DNA of 64,000 nt from the NCBI GenBank assembly GCA_002633005.1, contig NMRA01000067.1, positions 244,582 to 308,581 of the forward strand, written 5' to 3'. The notes beneath the pieces are model-generated. The model ran no database searches. It was not told the DNA's origin and saw only the letters and a program-made list of their open reading frames with translations. The DNA is from Phoronis australis (taxonomy: Eukaryota > Animalia > Phoronida). Each line of letters begins with the position of its first letter. The stretch's first letter is position 1. The position numbers and the translations under genes were made by a program. This document shows positions 25,582 to 40,800 of this stretch, piece after piece.

Positions 25582-26129
25582 GTTAGCAGTTGACAATTCA
25601 CAATATTTTAAGGCTGCCAATATGTTTTCAAAGACGCGAGTAGATTTATATTCAAAATATGACTGAAGTGCACGTAGAGATGTTCAGCTAAAATAACGCG
25701 TCAATAAGGCATGCGATATTTTACATATAGTTCATCCCACATACATAGGAATACTACTGCCATATCCTATCGCGAATTCACTTCACCTGGCTATGCCCCT
25801 CCGAGACCGAAGACAGAAGTATTCCCTAGGTATGTGTGATAACCTATATTTATCCCATATATATGGACTTACTTGCATCCCGCAAAACCTTGTTGCCTTG
25901 TGCTCCGGTTATATGAAGTCATGTGTATGCCAATAAAGATTTATTTCCTAACGTATTGATTAAATTTTCAGTTTGTGAAACATACAAGTTAAATTACTGG
26001 ATAATTAAAAATATCAAACGTTTGTCGGAAACTTAGAAACAATCCATACGGGAATATAGAAGTTGAAACATTACCTGAACAGTTGTGCAACAGTGTGCCG
26101 TTTTAGCTTCGATGAATTTCTTAAAAAAA

Positions 26130-26360
26130 AATGCAGGCGGTCTGATACACGTTGTACCAGACGTGCGCAGGCCTCGCATGTGGGCCCATTGCACTGATCA
26201 CCTGGAAATATTTTTTTTATGCTTTATTGATATATGGTTAAAACCGAGCTGAGGAGCTAGAAACCTGGCTCAAGGGTTTAGCAGTGTGACCTGGTGGGAC
26301 TTGAACCCACGACCTCGAGTAAAGAAAGCGGGCACTTATCAACCAGGCCACACTGCCTCT
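26130..26360 (-). mobile_element. tRNA-derived SINE
   Basis: Minus strand AGAGGCAGTGTGGCCTGGTTGATAAG (A-box-like) and GGGTTCAAGTCCC (B box); related copy at ~39870-40099. Confidence 0.65.
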
Positions 26361-27425
26361 TCCAATTTCTTAGTTTTCTTCGTCCATTTTCTTGTCTTAG
26401 GTTTTGGACTGTAAATAGTAATAGAAACATTTCCCCTAGTTGATCACAGCATTGGAAAATAACGGTGGAAACTGTGCTGGTTTGCTGAACTTAAAATAAG
26501 GACTGTGCCGCAAAAAACAAGATTTTACGCGCCACGGAGAGTTGAACACACGCTAACACAGGACCACTTCAAATCAAATTGCATTTTTATTCAACTTGGT
26601 AGTAAGCCTGTATTCAAAAGTGTTTTTTCGTCAAATTGTTTTTTTTTCTTGATGACGTTGTCTTATTACAACCTGTTCTGTCGCTATTGCTTGGCACTGA
26701 TGTTTGTAAACGACAGGTTCCTCAAGACAGACAGCCTGCAAGTGTATTGTCGGAATGACAGCCGAAGGCACCTAGACTTCTTTGCCCTATTGGAAACAAA
26801 ATAAGACCTTGGCTGCTTCCATGTTTTAACCTCTTAACGCAAGTGCATATTTTGGAATTTCTTGATTCTGTGCTTTTGTCTAATCAATCTTGTATCTCAT
26901 ACAGTGCTCATGAAGTTTTTGTCATGAAATGGTTAAGAATACCTTTGTTGTTATGGCACTATTAATATGAAATAAAATTTACAATAAAACGTGTATAAAA
27001 GCAGGTCAATTTAATTGTTATTTCTTATGACACGTGCCATGTGTTCCTACTAGGGACGCGCGATCATGAGTGTCTGTAACTGTTTCGGCCCATCAAACAC
27101 GGGGGAAAGTCAGCGGACTCACCAATTGTGCGGTAGGTGGGGCTAGTTACAAAACGATCACTCGATTGACTGCCACTTTTGATGACCATTGAAGCAACGC
27201 CTGCCGATACTGAAACTACTCACCGATATTCTAATAAAATTAGAGCGGTCTAAATCACCTTTCGCATTTGGTCAAAAATTATTGTAGAGGAAGAATGCTA
27301 CCCCACGGTTCTTATCAGTAACTGCTCTAAAAAAAAACCGGACTAACGAGCGGACAACACTAGTCCAATTAGGTAAGCGCAATGGGACCGGTTTGGCCTG
27401 GACCATTTACTCGACCGTCCAGTAT

Positions 27426-27759
27426 CAGTGGCGGATCTAAGATAGCATAAGGGGGGCCCAACATTTTGTCTCGGGCAATTGCGCAAAGCACGATTGCATG
27501 CGCGCACCCAGCCTACAACAGGAGGACCCGAATTCCTGGCCGGGGACGTGCACCTCGTACACCTAGGACTGAAAAAGAAAAACGGACAACGGTTGCGCTG
27601 GTGGTCTGAACCGGACACTTGCAATCGGGTCTGAGCTCCCCCGTCAGCCGCATGTTAATTGCCGGGTTAATTAATGAACTCCATATTTCCTTACGCTCTT
27701 GTTGTTTTTTGCGGCAGCCAGGGGGGGGGCGTCCCCCTCCCCCCCTAAATCCGCCTATG
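27426..27759 (+). mobile_element. CA...TG GC-rich MITE, 5-bp TSD AGTAT
   Basis: CAGTGGCGGATCTA...TAAATCCGCCTATG flanked by AGTAT on both sides. Confidence 0.75.
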
Positions 27760-27911
27760 AGTATTCATGCTTTCCCACGCGATTGCGGAATTCTTCCCGT
27801 CATTCCACGCACTCTCGTTGTTGTTACTCGTTGCATACTGTCACTGTACAACTTAAAATACGTATCAAAGTAAGTCTAATAAGAATAGGAGAAGCAGTAT
27901 TACTGGTCAGT

Positions 27912-28003
27912 TACAGTGGTCCGTAATTTAGAGAACTAGTTTCCTCCACTGAATAACGGGCCTGTTACTCACTGATTGTTAGTTCTCTAAATTAGAGGCC
28001 ACT
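27912..28003. mobile_element. Small palindromic MITE
   Basis: ACAGTGGTCCGTAATTTAGAGAACTA / TAGTTCTCTAAATTAGAGGCCACT; related ends at 1-35 and ~61697-61746. Confidence 0.55.
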
Positions 28004-29082
28004 ATGTCCGACAAGTGTCTTGATGGCAGTGTGTGGAGCGTACTTAGTACGGTGAAGCTTTAAAATTAGGATAGTGGAATCTGAGTCCGGTACGTGGGAA
28101 AAGTGATCGTATGTTATCATGCTGATCTGAAATAAGTTCAGATCGCAACCTAGTCCGGACTTTATCAGTGTTTATGCGACAGCAGCTTATTGTAAAACAT
28201 TTTAGGCTGAATTTCTCATGTTGTGTCATATCAACGAGATACCTAACGAAGCTGAAAAGCACAAATGGTTCATTTTCAAAGGCGACAATGCGATCTCATT
28301 ATGTATGACATGAAAGAATCTCCTAACTGGTGATGACGCAATTAACCTTTCGCTTCACCATTTTGACAAGGCGACATCGTTTCGTATCTAGTGAACAATA
28401 AAACATTTCGTTTGAAATGGTCATAATCTATGGCCAAATCAATTTGATTGACAAGCTCCCACTGATTTAATGATGTCGGAGCTGTAAGCCGTAACAGTAA
28501 TCAAAGGCATGTCATTTTTAAATTCCAACAGTTTTGCCAACTCTGTGGTGCTGACGTGCACGTATATTTAATGTACAAGTAAAATGAGTTTCCACAATTT
28601 TCAAAATTTAAAAAAGTTTAGGTCAGTTTTTAACCGGAAGTAATAATAAAAAGCCACGTCTAAGTCCTTCAAAAATTTTAAAAAAGGAATTTCCATTTCA
28701 AATGTTATATTAACTGATCTAAACACAAAACGATCTCTTTAAGCATTAAGAATGGTGTGGGATTTCAGTCAATTTCATCAAATGTCCACATTTTCACTAA
28801 CATTCGGAAATTTACTAAATCACATTGACGGAACTCACTAGCGCTTCTCTACAATCTGTGCAGGCTCTGTAGAATTATTAACCAAGAAACAAAACACGTA
28901 GCTTGAACATGCGCTTGCTTGCAACCTACATTTAACGCTTTTGTAAAGATAATAATATTCCAACAAATTTTACAATTACATTTTGAAGCTCCGTATCGAG
29001 CCAGTCATCATCAGTCTTATCTGACCACATCTCTGCATTCTTCACACACCTAAGGTTATTGCAGATGGGGTACGTATAGCAA

Positions 29083-29371
29083 CAGTGGCGGATCTAGGAT
29101 ATCATAAGGGGGGAGGCAACATATTGTCAGTCTCGGGCAACTGCGCAAAGCACGATTGCATGCGCAGANGAACTTCGTACTTTCTGCCTAAAAACAATCG
29201 GAGGACTAAAAAACGGGAGCCCCACACACATGTGCACGCGCAAATACACGCATCAAAATTTCAGCCGCATTTTAATTACCGGGTCGGTTAATAAACTCAA
29301 TATTGCCTCACGCTGTTGCTGTTTTATTTTTTTGGCGGGCCCCATGCCCCCACCCCCCAACTCCGCCCATG
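29083..29371 (+). mobile_element. Same MITE family, 5-bp TSD AGCAA
   Basis: CAGTGGCGGATCTAGG...CTCCGCCCATG; internal similarity to the 27426 copy. Confidence 0.75.
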
Positions 29372-31560
29372 AGCAATTCATTATGGTATTAGTAACTTAA
29401 CCGTCGTCTTGTCACATTTAACATTTATGCAGGCACAACGCTGTCTTCCAGACTTTCAAGGCTGCCATTCAGCAAGTAATAAGTACACGATTTGACGAAG
29501 TGGGGATTTTCACTTTCTCATAAGTTCACTAGGCAATCTGACCCTAAGCCATCTCATCAAGCGGTCTTAAGCATGTACAGGAACCACGAGAATAAAATAT
29601 TCCTTGAGAAAAAATAGAGAGCTGCCGGCTTACATCATTGCTGGATACCAGCTTACACGAGCGTGGTTTTAAAAGCGTTTTGGTCTATTTAGTTGACTGA
29701 AAATCGAACATCGAATTTGAACTCTTACTTTCATACAATTGGCCTCATAATATTCCATACCTTGATGGGTTTCTAACTCCGTTTCCGTTGATCCCGACCT
29801 GTTCCCATCAAGTTGGCCACGGCATAGTAAATTTAAGAGATTTATCGCTGGGCTTTGGGTTGTTTTCGTTCCACTGATAAACAACAAGATTAAGAGCTCA
29901 CAGATCAGTGGAACAACTACGATCTTTGCCGATTGTAAAACCGATAGTTACTGGAAGAGAAAATAATTAAATTACGGCGTAAATCCATTATTTACATGCG
30001 TATTTTTTCATTCTACTTCTTTGTATAGGAGCTTAACCGAACTGCTCTTTGCAGTGGAGTCGTCCAACACGACAAAGACCCGCAACTTTAGTGAGCTTTT
30101 TATTGAGGCTTCATGAGAATCATCGCCTGAACCAATCTTTGACATTATCCACGACTCTGATTACCGCAAAACTCGCTCACAGAACTTATAGTTATGTTGC
30201 TGTTTACTGCTTAAATTGTGTGTAAAAGCAATGTTGTTTTTGTATAGATACACTAATTAGAAGCAGAATTTACCCCTAGAATATTCTTGACTGTATATTT
30301 GTTTCAAGTGACGAATGGGCGCCACAGCACTGAAATAAGTTGGGGGGGGGGGGGGGGTANGTATAGCCCGCAGCCCCCTATGGTGCGTCGCCCTTGTGGC
30401 ATGAGGTGTTGTAGATGAGTACAGCTCATTGTCTGCTGTATTTGATTTTTTTGTTTTTCATGCCACGCTGTTGTAGATTGGTAAGGATTTGTATTAGTTG
30501 TGTAACGTATAGTAAGGAATCAGAGATGTTGTATTTTTCTCCTCGTGGAAATTTACTAAATTGACATGAAGTGTTATTGATGACTAATACTTAGACCATT
30601 CAGCCATTACTGTCCGCTGTAATGTTTCGTAATTTTTGTTTTTCAGGATACGTAGGTGCCACGACTGACTGTAACGCGTATAGCGCGGCGAAACTAAATA
30701 CAGAATCACGTATTTTCGGATTTCCAAAAAGACAAGATTTTCATTTTGATAACATTTAGCGAATAGTTATTCGCAACCTAGTGAACTGCTTTTATAACGT
30801 TCATTGCATTACGGCCTCATCGAATCACTTTCCAAAGGCTTGCTCAAAGTTGACACAAGTGAGACTGTGATATCTGTGGTGTCTTCATCTTTAATCAGTG
30901 TTCATCATACCTACCACGAACAAAAATAAAGAACCGGCTGTTACATTAGAAAATCTTTTTAAATTTTGTGCGCATTAGTTGTTTGGTACATATAGGCTGA
31001 CAACTCTAATGGCCCTGGCATGCGTAACGTTTACATGTATATTCAATTTATGTTGAAAAACTAATTGCATTGCACGCCTATGACACGAGCAAATTCGTGG
31101 TAGAAAACCGAGATAGTGTTCTGTGATATGCGTCCCGTGTGTCACAAGAGCTCTGCTGTGAACCATTATGAGACACGAACATTTTTGCTTTCTACGTACA
31201 GTGCGTTTGACTTTGAACACCATAAGTTCCAAAATTAAACACATAGTGTTGTGCGCTTTTAGAACAAAATCGAGTTCACAAATTGTAACATTTTTTTGTG
31301 TTCCATTTCACGTTCTAAAGCAAAACACACACCTTTGGTGTGTAAACGTAAGAAATCACACTAATAGCCAGTATGATCACGCATGAAAATATCTCGCGAA
31401 GATTTGCGCTGTCGATGCCTCCATCCTAGGCCTATTATCCAACCGTGACCTCATTTCGACTTCTGAGCCGTCCAAATAAGGGGTTTTCAAGCGGCTTTGC
31501 TAACAATCACTCGGCTGCTTCTGAGTAATAACATTGACAGCTTATACAGCTTCAGCTGAC

Positions 31561-31865
31561 ATGGGGCCTTACTCCCTCACTGTCACTGTTCTCTTAGTTG
31601 TGAGTTTGCAAGATGTGTTCGGTGTCTTAAACTCGCAACAGCTTCAGGACATCGATGGAATTGTTTCGCAGCTGATGAGGTGCCGCGATATACCCGGGAT
31701 GGGAGTGGCGGTTGTTTTGAACGGCCAGACTGTCGTTCAGAAGGGGTACGGTTTCGCTGACGTCGAAAATAAAGTCCCATTTACAGAGAAGACCCTATTT
31801 GCAATCGCGTCCGTCTCCAAGCAGATGTCGGCGACATTACTCGCCTTGTTGATGAACGAAAAAGG
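31561..31865 (+). CDS. Gene B exon 1
   Basis: ATG homologous to the gene A start; FAIASVSKQ; donor GG|GTAAGT. Confidence 0.92.
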
Positions 31866-34800
31866 GTAAGTAGTTTGCAAATTTCGGTATTGTCATTCAG
31901 TCAGTTCAGAAACGTACCAATAAACAGACTTATTTATCCACAACATGAAAAACCATAAGCTTAGAAAAGTAAGCCTGGATGCCTTTCCTAAAGCACGTGA
32001 ATTCGGCAGTTAGTGGTCCACACTATTGTTAGCCATAGAAACCGGCGTTGACTGTAAGTTTCCAGTCCGGCGGCATTCTAAGCCATAAATAGTCCTCAAG
32101 TACTACTTCAATACCTCTCACTCCGGTATATTACACCATCAGATCATGACACGTTGCGTGAACAGGGGTAAACATTCAATAGAAAATAACAACACAAGGG
32201 AGGTGAGGGCAGGTGCACTCCCAATAGTTTGCAGGCGTAAGGTTAAGCCGTGGCAACAGGCATATACGTGGGGCCCGAAGCAGTCGAGAAAAGAAAGACA
32301 GCGAAACAGCGAAAAGAGAGAAAATTCGAGAGAGCATTTGTCTACTATCAGTGCTTGATTTACCCTTTGAGGGTCCTGGCCAGGTCATTGTTGTTAGGGG
32401 GGAAGGGGTTCATTTTTGCAGCCGTTATCTAAACGCACTTAAAAACCTGCACTTAATCATTCAAACATATCGAGAAAGTCAAGCAAATTTGTTAAGCACA
32501 GCTTTTGCAGAGTATACTTCAAAGGATTTTTAAATTAAAACAGAAACTATATTTCTGCAGAGCCATCTGTCGCTGACTTTTTTCGAACTTGTATATCACG
32601 TGATAAAAATTGAGAGCCTGACAGAGGGCATCATTTGTTTTTCATTTCTGTTTTTTTGAAATCATAGATCCTTTCTTATTTAGACGCCCAGCCTTGGAGG
32701 TGGGACCATTAATGGCATACATGCCGCCATTCTTTTTTTCTCTTGATATCTTCTCAAGGGACTGCTAACGGAGAGAGTCCAAAGATAGAATCGATTACCT
32801 CTACTTTCCTGTTTCTGTGAAACCTTACAACCTTTTATGTCAAAGAAGGCTACTTCTTGGAGTGTCACACGCTGATGGAATTAACTGTCGTTCTTTCCAT
32901 TTTGTTTTAGTGATATTTAGTCTTTCTTATTAAGAGGTTCCATTTCAGACGGAATCCTCTCTCAGAGGTCAGGGGCAATTGCTCCGTTGCCCTCTATAAG
33001 TTAGGCATCGTCAACCATTCACGAGGGAAGAAGACAAGATTACAAATTCATCGAAAAAACACAAAACAAATTCGCGCAGTATCAAAACATTCGGTCCAAA
33101 AACAAAGAATTATTATACTGAAAAATACAATAGGATAGACCGCCATCGAAGGGTGGAACTTCAAGACCATTGTGAATTTCACGAAAGTAATATTCCCAAT
33201 GGTTTTATAACGATAAAATGTCGATACTTTTGCCAGTAGTATCATTGTAGTAGAATTTTGTTTGAAGATTGTTACTGGGAGTTTTTCGTAAGAAACTTGC
33301 TCATGTCGAACAGACTGACGGGGGTTCCATTTTTGATGTCCGTGTACAGAGTGCACGTCTAACTGTTTAAGGTACTCTAAGTACATGGTCTGGCAATCAT
33401 AAACGAAGTTTTCAGCGATTTTCGGAGTACAAGTTTATCTCATAAACCGTCGTGCCAAGAATTGTACTACGACACGTGACTGTCTTCAATTTCCACCTGC
33501 TGACTGCTGATTCATAACTCTTGGTAATTGACCAATTATTTTGCACAGCCAGCAGAATTAAAAAGAAGCAGAACAGCAGTAGACTATCTATTGCTAGCCC
33601 AAGTGGTGTAATAATTAATTCTTTAGATAAAAAATAGTCAACTTAAAACGGTACTATCAGCTGCCTGCTGCGCCCACAGACGACGTAATTACCTACAGCT
33701 GAATGATTTCTTGGAACTGAGATAATGGCGGATTTTAAAGTTAGCGAACCGATCGAGTTGTCCAATCTCGACCGGTGAGGGTGTTAACGTAGGATTCTTA
33801 ACGTAGGATTCTTTTCATACCAATAACTACCCATGGAATGAATTAACACGACTAAATTCGGAAAATTTCTTGGGGCCCCTCAAACCCCACGGGTTGCCTC
33901 GTCTCCAATGTTGCCCCGGTTCCCCGTTAATAGTCTACGGTTGAACTTCTCGATACTTTGTCTCGGAGGTCAGAAAGCGCATTGTTTTCACTTACTTAGG
34001 TTTGGAATGTCAGACATATTTTTACAGGTCATGTCGGAAAAAGTCGAGGTGTATATCCGTGGAAATATTCCCAATATCAACGGTTTAAAAGTACCGAATT
34101 AAAAGGTATCTTCAAGAAAGGGGATCCTGTTCATTTCAAACTAAATTAACCCGACGAACTTGCTTAATATACTCGCTCCGCATTTTTTGTCTTTGATAGA
34201 TGTCGGAAAAGCGACTCGAACTAACATCACGCAACCACTGAAATTTGTCAAATTTACCCAACATGTAAAGAATACAACTACAAAGATGAACGACTAGGCC
34301 ACAAAAGAGCTTGATGGATATTGCGCAACGCCAGACATAACTGACATCGGCAGTGTGCATGCGCAGCAGGCAGCTAGCTAGATTGGACTAAGGGGGCTCA
34401 GAACAGTTCTCAGTGGGGTTTGCCTATCAGTCAATGCACGGCGTCACTCTTTCTTCACTCTCAAAAACTTTATGCAAGTTTTAGGTCATTTCACATCACA
34501 AGCCCTACAGATGAGCACAGAAACTTTATTCTCTCTTGTATTTTTTACCCTTTCGCTCCTACTGAAGAGCAAGGTAGACTAAGAAAAACGGGGGGAACAC
34601 ATAATCGGCACATTTCACCCCAAACTACCACTTTCCTGCCGATGCACGACTAAAGCCAACAATAGATTCTGAAAGCAAACTTCCTACCAATTCCAAAAAT
34701 GTGATCCAAAAGTACTGTCAACCAACTAGTTTTTTGCAAATCTGGCTTGTTTGAGGGCTACCTGAAATCGCAGCCAATTTCTCAGTCGCTAGTCAGCAAT

Positions 34801-37800
34801 GCACAATTGCAACCGGGGGCCACCATCTTCAAGAAGAGTGCAGCTACAGCCGAGAAAGTGCTCTTTTTTCATTCTCAGCATGTTCACAAACACAAACCAA
34901 CCACATTCACTGAGCCTACCTCTAGATTTTAATGTTTTGACGTGGCAAAATGGCCGCGGACGCACCCTAACTGTTCAGTGTCACCTAAGACCACGGTACG
35001 AGTAGCTGATTTTGACCTTATCACTGGCTTGGGTCAACCAAAGCACTTGTTTGCACAGGTCTCGGACCCTTGAAAAAAGGCATAACTAACAGAAAGTACA
35101 CTCTATGGGGTTTCTTTAAAAAAGAAGAAATTCAACAAAGCCACGTAGTTTTACCATGGTACATCCACCATGAAAAAAATTCGAGATGACAAAAATGACC
35201 AAGAAGCGCGATTTTGGCGTTTTTTTCAATACGTTTATTATGTACACAACCGTAGCTCACAGAAGAACAATACGATGTATGTTATAAATACACAAGCGTA
35301 CTTCAGTACCATACACACCCCATTCACACCATAATCGACTACAGTCACACTTGTAATTATTAGCTTGTTAGAAAAAACTCCTTCTACAGGGATACATCTT
35401 TTTTCTAAAACGCTCATAATTCAAGCTCTTATAGTAAATTACCTTTTCGATGTTATGATATCAAAAAAATTCATTTTCAGCCATTGCAAGCAGGGAGGTC
35501 TGGAATTTAACCAAGCCCTATATGTATGACATTTTACTAAGCAAATAACTTCACACTCCCAAAATACATGGCAAAGATTCTCGGGGTCTTTTCTACAGAA
35601 TGTACAGAGTGGTGAATTAACTATTACCTATTTTAAATAAGAAACAATTTGTGCTAAGAATTCTGAGAGTAAGTCTTATTTGGAACCATTTAAGATTCGT
35701 GTCTTTAGTGAACGAAGAATTTAATCTATAAACAGTTCTCCACCATTCATCTGAAAGTTCTCTATTAATGCAGTCTTCCCGCTTACTTTGAAATTTTGTT
35801 TTCATACAAGCAAGTGACAAACTTATTATACACACTCTTCTCGTTTTTACATTTGTTGAGTAAAGTGGTAATACACTCTGGGAGGCGAGAAAGAATGGTT
35901 TTTGACGAATCCACATGTCTAGGTAAGTTACGAACAGCACATGGCTCGCCCATGAATACAATGAATGGTGGAGAAACTCCATAATAATTACAAAAGTCTT
36001 CGTAAGACATCAAAGTACCGTAAGAATCTAACAAATCGTAAATACACACAACGCCCTTAGCATACCAACCCTCATAAAATTTGCATTTCTTGTCAATTGA
36101 GGTTTTGGGATTAAACCAAATTGGCCTGTAGGGACGAATTGCCTTGTTAACTGTGAAAATGGCAAACAATTCTCTAACATTTCGAAAATCTTCTTCCCAA
36201 AACTGACTCTTAACCAAAGAAGCTAGAGAACGATAATAGGCCTTACCAAAATGAAACACGTTACGTGACAGCAAGACATTTTTAGAAACTAAAATTTTCT
36301 CCCAGGCCCTCTCACCACTAAGTATCAATCTTTTGAACCACGAAATTTTAAGGTATTTGATGAATCACTTCAGATGCTAGCGAAAAGTCTTGAATCAAGG
36401 TAGTTCTCATAATTTTGTCAGGTTTATTGTCCCAGATGAAACTGTAAATAGTTTATCAATTGTGTCGTCTGACGGCGAGGACAATGTTATCAAGAGATGG
36501 ACCAATTTTGGCAGAGCAAAAGATTTAATGTCAGCTATTTTGCCAAAAGGTGTTAACGACCTTTTGGACCACTATCTGATTTCACGAATTTTGTCGTCAT
36601 AGTTATTTGTTAACATTTCTCTTAAATTGATGTGAAAGTTGATAACAAGGGCGGTAAATGAATCTCTACGCCAATAAAGCTGGGCGCAAGCGTAATACAC
36701 GGAGTTTCATCGAACCAATCCATATTCATAGAATGTTTTAGAGATTCGTTGGAGCCATCCAAACAGAGAACTGTATCATTGGCATACTGTAAAATTTTTA
36801 ACTGCACTGAGCCTATATTGATACCTTTTACGTTATTATTTTGGCGAAACATTGTGGCCATAATCTCGGCATAAATAATGAACAGATAGAGATAGAGATA
36901 GAGAGAGAAAGAGAGGGAGAGGGAGAGGGAGAGAGGGATAGAGGNGAGAGAGGGAGAGGGAGAGAGGGAGGGGGAGAGGGAGAGATTTCGCCAAAACAGT
37001 GACCTAAAACCACATGTTGAATAGTACAAAGTTTTGCACCAATCACCAATTGTTTTGTAAAAACTTGGTTATCACGGTTTGGCCCATATATTTTCTTACC
37101 TAAAATCACAAATTCACGACTGCCCCGGAGCAAAAAATAGGAGACCGGACCATCATCCGAATGCTCTTTCACTCTAGATTCAAGAAATTCACCTTAAAAT
37201 ATGGTATCACCAACCAGATTTTTGACAATTTCCACTTGTCTAATGGGTTCCTAGATTTGCGCCAACAATTCAACATTCAACAAGGATGTGCTCTCAAAAT
37301 AGCGGCACTTCCGTATCTTAGTAGACAAGAGCAAAGACCAAATTTCTGGACTCAATTTACTCAAAACAACTTCACTGAATATCATTTGTGGCAATCACTT
37401 CCCATGCAGTCCTCAAAAATTTACGTTAAACCCGACACACCCCATTTTATTCATTTTGGGGCAGCGTTACAAGGGCCCGTACCGTCACGGTGGTCTTAAG
37501 ACTTCATTCCTCAACAGAAATACATACAAGAACGGGTTTTCTGAGGAATTTTGATGAAGGAGGGACACCCCTGCGATTTGCCAATAGCTAGCGAGAAAAA
37601 AATGGTCCTGGGCGGGGCAAGGGGGCCATGGCTCCCCTAAAATTCTTTCAGATTCCATTTGTAAGTTTGGGGGTGTGAATGTTTGACGAGAAAAATCCTG
37701 GCTAATACTCTGCCCTCTCCCCCCAACTCAAAATCCTGGGTCCGCCCCTGCAATATGCTGAATATTGGAGAGATTGGTGAAGTTTTTGGTGTCCATTGAA

Positions 37801-40800
37801 ATTTGAAGTTTACCTATAGTGATGGTACACAACAAATCGCCTAAAAGTCAATAATTGTGCACAGATCCATTTTCAATTCAAATCTCTGGAGAGTTTAATT
37901 CAGTTCCCTTGTTTGCCGATAGCGGAGGTCACGAACAATGTGACCTAGACATCACAAAAGTTTTTGAGCAAATTTTTAGAAAAAAGTCGGTGTCCACTGG
38001 GGTGTTAAAAACGGTTTAACGACCAGAAATGTAAAAACCAGTCATTTATTGTTTCGCGATCTGTCAATGCGATTGGCAAGCTCTAGTGAGGACGATTTAA
38101 CTCGGAATGTAAATTACCATTCCTACTAAACTGCAACAAGCAGTGGCGGTCATGTATTTGCTTAAAAGTTTGAATTCTCAAATTATTGCATCGAGAGACT
38201 GACTTCATGAGACGCAGCCAGGTTAAGGTTTTAACAATCAAAATTGTACTGGGTCCTTTTAACACGTTGCTGTTTTTTTAAAGTTGATGCTGTTATTGAA
38301 TGTACCACATGCATTAGAAAACGAAAACGTACCCATAAGCGGATATTAGATGTCAAGACGGGGCTCCGACCTCAGTTTTCAAAAGACAAACCCTCGTCAG
38401 TGATAACCTCGCGGGGCCCGGGGTGCATGACGTCTATTTTTGAAGTACAAACCCTCGTGATGAAAACGTCGGCGCCGTTTTATATCGTGCGCGGAGGGGA
38501 GGTCGAGGTCCCTCGGAGCCCCCTAAATCCACCGATACTTACTCTTTGGTTTCAAAAGAGATTGTCTGCCTCCTTCGTCCATTTGTTTGTGACTCGCAAA
38601 CAAGGGAACTGACCCCTGACCTAGACTGTGATTGTCGAGTACTTACACGACGATCGGCACCATGCGGATGACCTAGTTCACGACTTTCTGGTGTTGGGCA
38701 TTGCGGGTTTTGCGGTGAGATTCAACTGTCGCTGTGTGATCCGGGACGGCCCTATTGCTTATAGCTGGGACCTACCTTATATTCTGATTTCATTAACAAC
38801 GAATTTGTTGGTTTTTGATTTACCTGTTTATATAACTACGAAATCTGACTGATCCGTGGATTTTTTAACAGTTAGAAGCTAAAAAGTTTTGTCAGAAGTG
38901 ATTAGGTATATGCTTCAGTGAACGTTGTTGAATACTACGGTTGGGAAGATCTCTATCGTGAGAAACCTAAATAGCAAAGTACACAAGATGATTTTTATCT
39001 ATATGAAATAACTTTCAATGATATTGCGAAAGTTTGACAACTCTAAAAGATGTCCCAAAATGTACTTGGAATTCAATTGGCAATAAATGCATTGTTTATC
39101 GTCTTAATAAACAAATGCACATACAAGCGATCTGTAAATCATTAAACGCATTGCTCATTAACTCGGGAAGGTTAATTGTCCTTGCACTTCGTTGATGTTT
39201 TTAGGTTCCAATAGTATTACGTAATAAATTTCGTTTTCCAAAGCTGAGTCGTTCGTTTGCCATTCCCGTGCATGCAAAACAGGTGATGGCTCAAGCACTC
39301 CCTTTCAAAACAAGGTATAGCAAAGCCCTAACAGAATCCGCGTAACCACGGAAACTGAATCTGAACTTCCGGGGTAGTTTTGAATCGTGAGTACATTTTG
39401 GGACACCTTGTGTATCATTTGTCCAAAGTCACTAAAAACTGGGCTTCCGTGTTTTAAGGGGTTTTGAAACAGCTCCAAAGGCAGTCACCGTACGGTACCC
39501 AGTGCATGGACTCCGGAATCGTCCCAGCTGGTGCGACGGCCGCCGGGCCAATATTTTCCATTAAGAGAGAAAAAGGCATTTCGAGGCCTCTAGAATGCAC
39601 CAAATGAGAGAATTTAATCCTCAAATTTTCGGGGGAGGCCCTCCAGCTGGAGGGAATGACACAATGCGGTGTATGTAAGCTTTTTAAGTGTCTACTAGAT
39701 TTAATTAATATTGCATTAGGGCTCTACTACCATCCGACTCTCAGTAAAAGTCTCACTTTAGGCGGTAACATATGAACCCTTTGAAATAATCGGTCTGGCT
39801 GCAAAAGTGCTCAAGAAAACGTTAGCAAAAGCTCCCGCAAAAGTGAAACTTGTAACAGTTACCGTTAAAAATAGTGCAAGTGGCCTGACACACGTTGCAT
39901 CAGGTCTCTCGAGAGATATCTGTATGGCCACCAGACACCTGAAACAATTTTGATGTAGTAGTATACGCATGATATACGGTATAAATATATATGCAAATTA
40001 AGACCGAACTGAGCAGCTAGAGATCTCCCTGAAGGGCCTAGCGGTCAGGGTCCAATGGGATTTAAACGTACATTTAACCGACTAGGTTACACTGCCTCTA
40101 AACCGCTCATATGACTGGTTTGGCGTTTTTTTGCTATTAGCCAAAAAGGAGATGGCGCAAACGGTACCGTTTTAGCCAGTTTGTGGACAGGGTACGAGAC
40201 AAAACAACTCCGCAATAAGGAGATTTTTCTTGCGTCAGACTGTTGTTTAAGAGTTACTGGCATGCTGAAATCAGTATAGGCATACGTGACATGCGTCTTG
40301 TAAAAAAATAAGCGGGTAAAGCAAGCAATTGATTATTTGCCCAGAAACTTGCCAAACCGTTTAACCAGGAAGACAGCACCCGGGGGATCACTCATATTGA
40401 CAAGGTGCCCGCAGACGTTTACCAAAAATTGCGGGTAGGCGGTACTTTTTCTGCAAGCATTGAGGGACCCTCGCGGGGGTCCAATAAGCACCTAATTTTC
40501 CATACTGTCCCCGGTAAAGACCCACTGCATTGGCGTCAGCCCCGTAAATGGCGCACTAGCCGCTTTCCTACAGAAAAATCTACCCCCCGAAAGGGGGTGG
40601 GAATTAGCAGACCTGGCACCCGCAATAGGTGGTCTCTCAGCAATTTTTGTCACACTCCTGCGGGCACCTTGTCAATATGAGTGACCCCCGGGGGCAGTAC
40701 TAAGACTGGTAATGTCTTCCTGGATTAACAAAATGACAGCTCTTCAAACCCTAATGTTTCATGTTAGAACAAAACATTCTTCTCCAGAATATCATGGAAA

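Noticed and set aside
26285-26360. Possible tRNA gene (B box GGTTCAAGTCC)
   Set aside because: No convincing cloverleaf, and it continues into a repeated body, so it is a SINE head.
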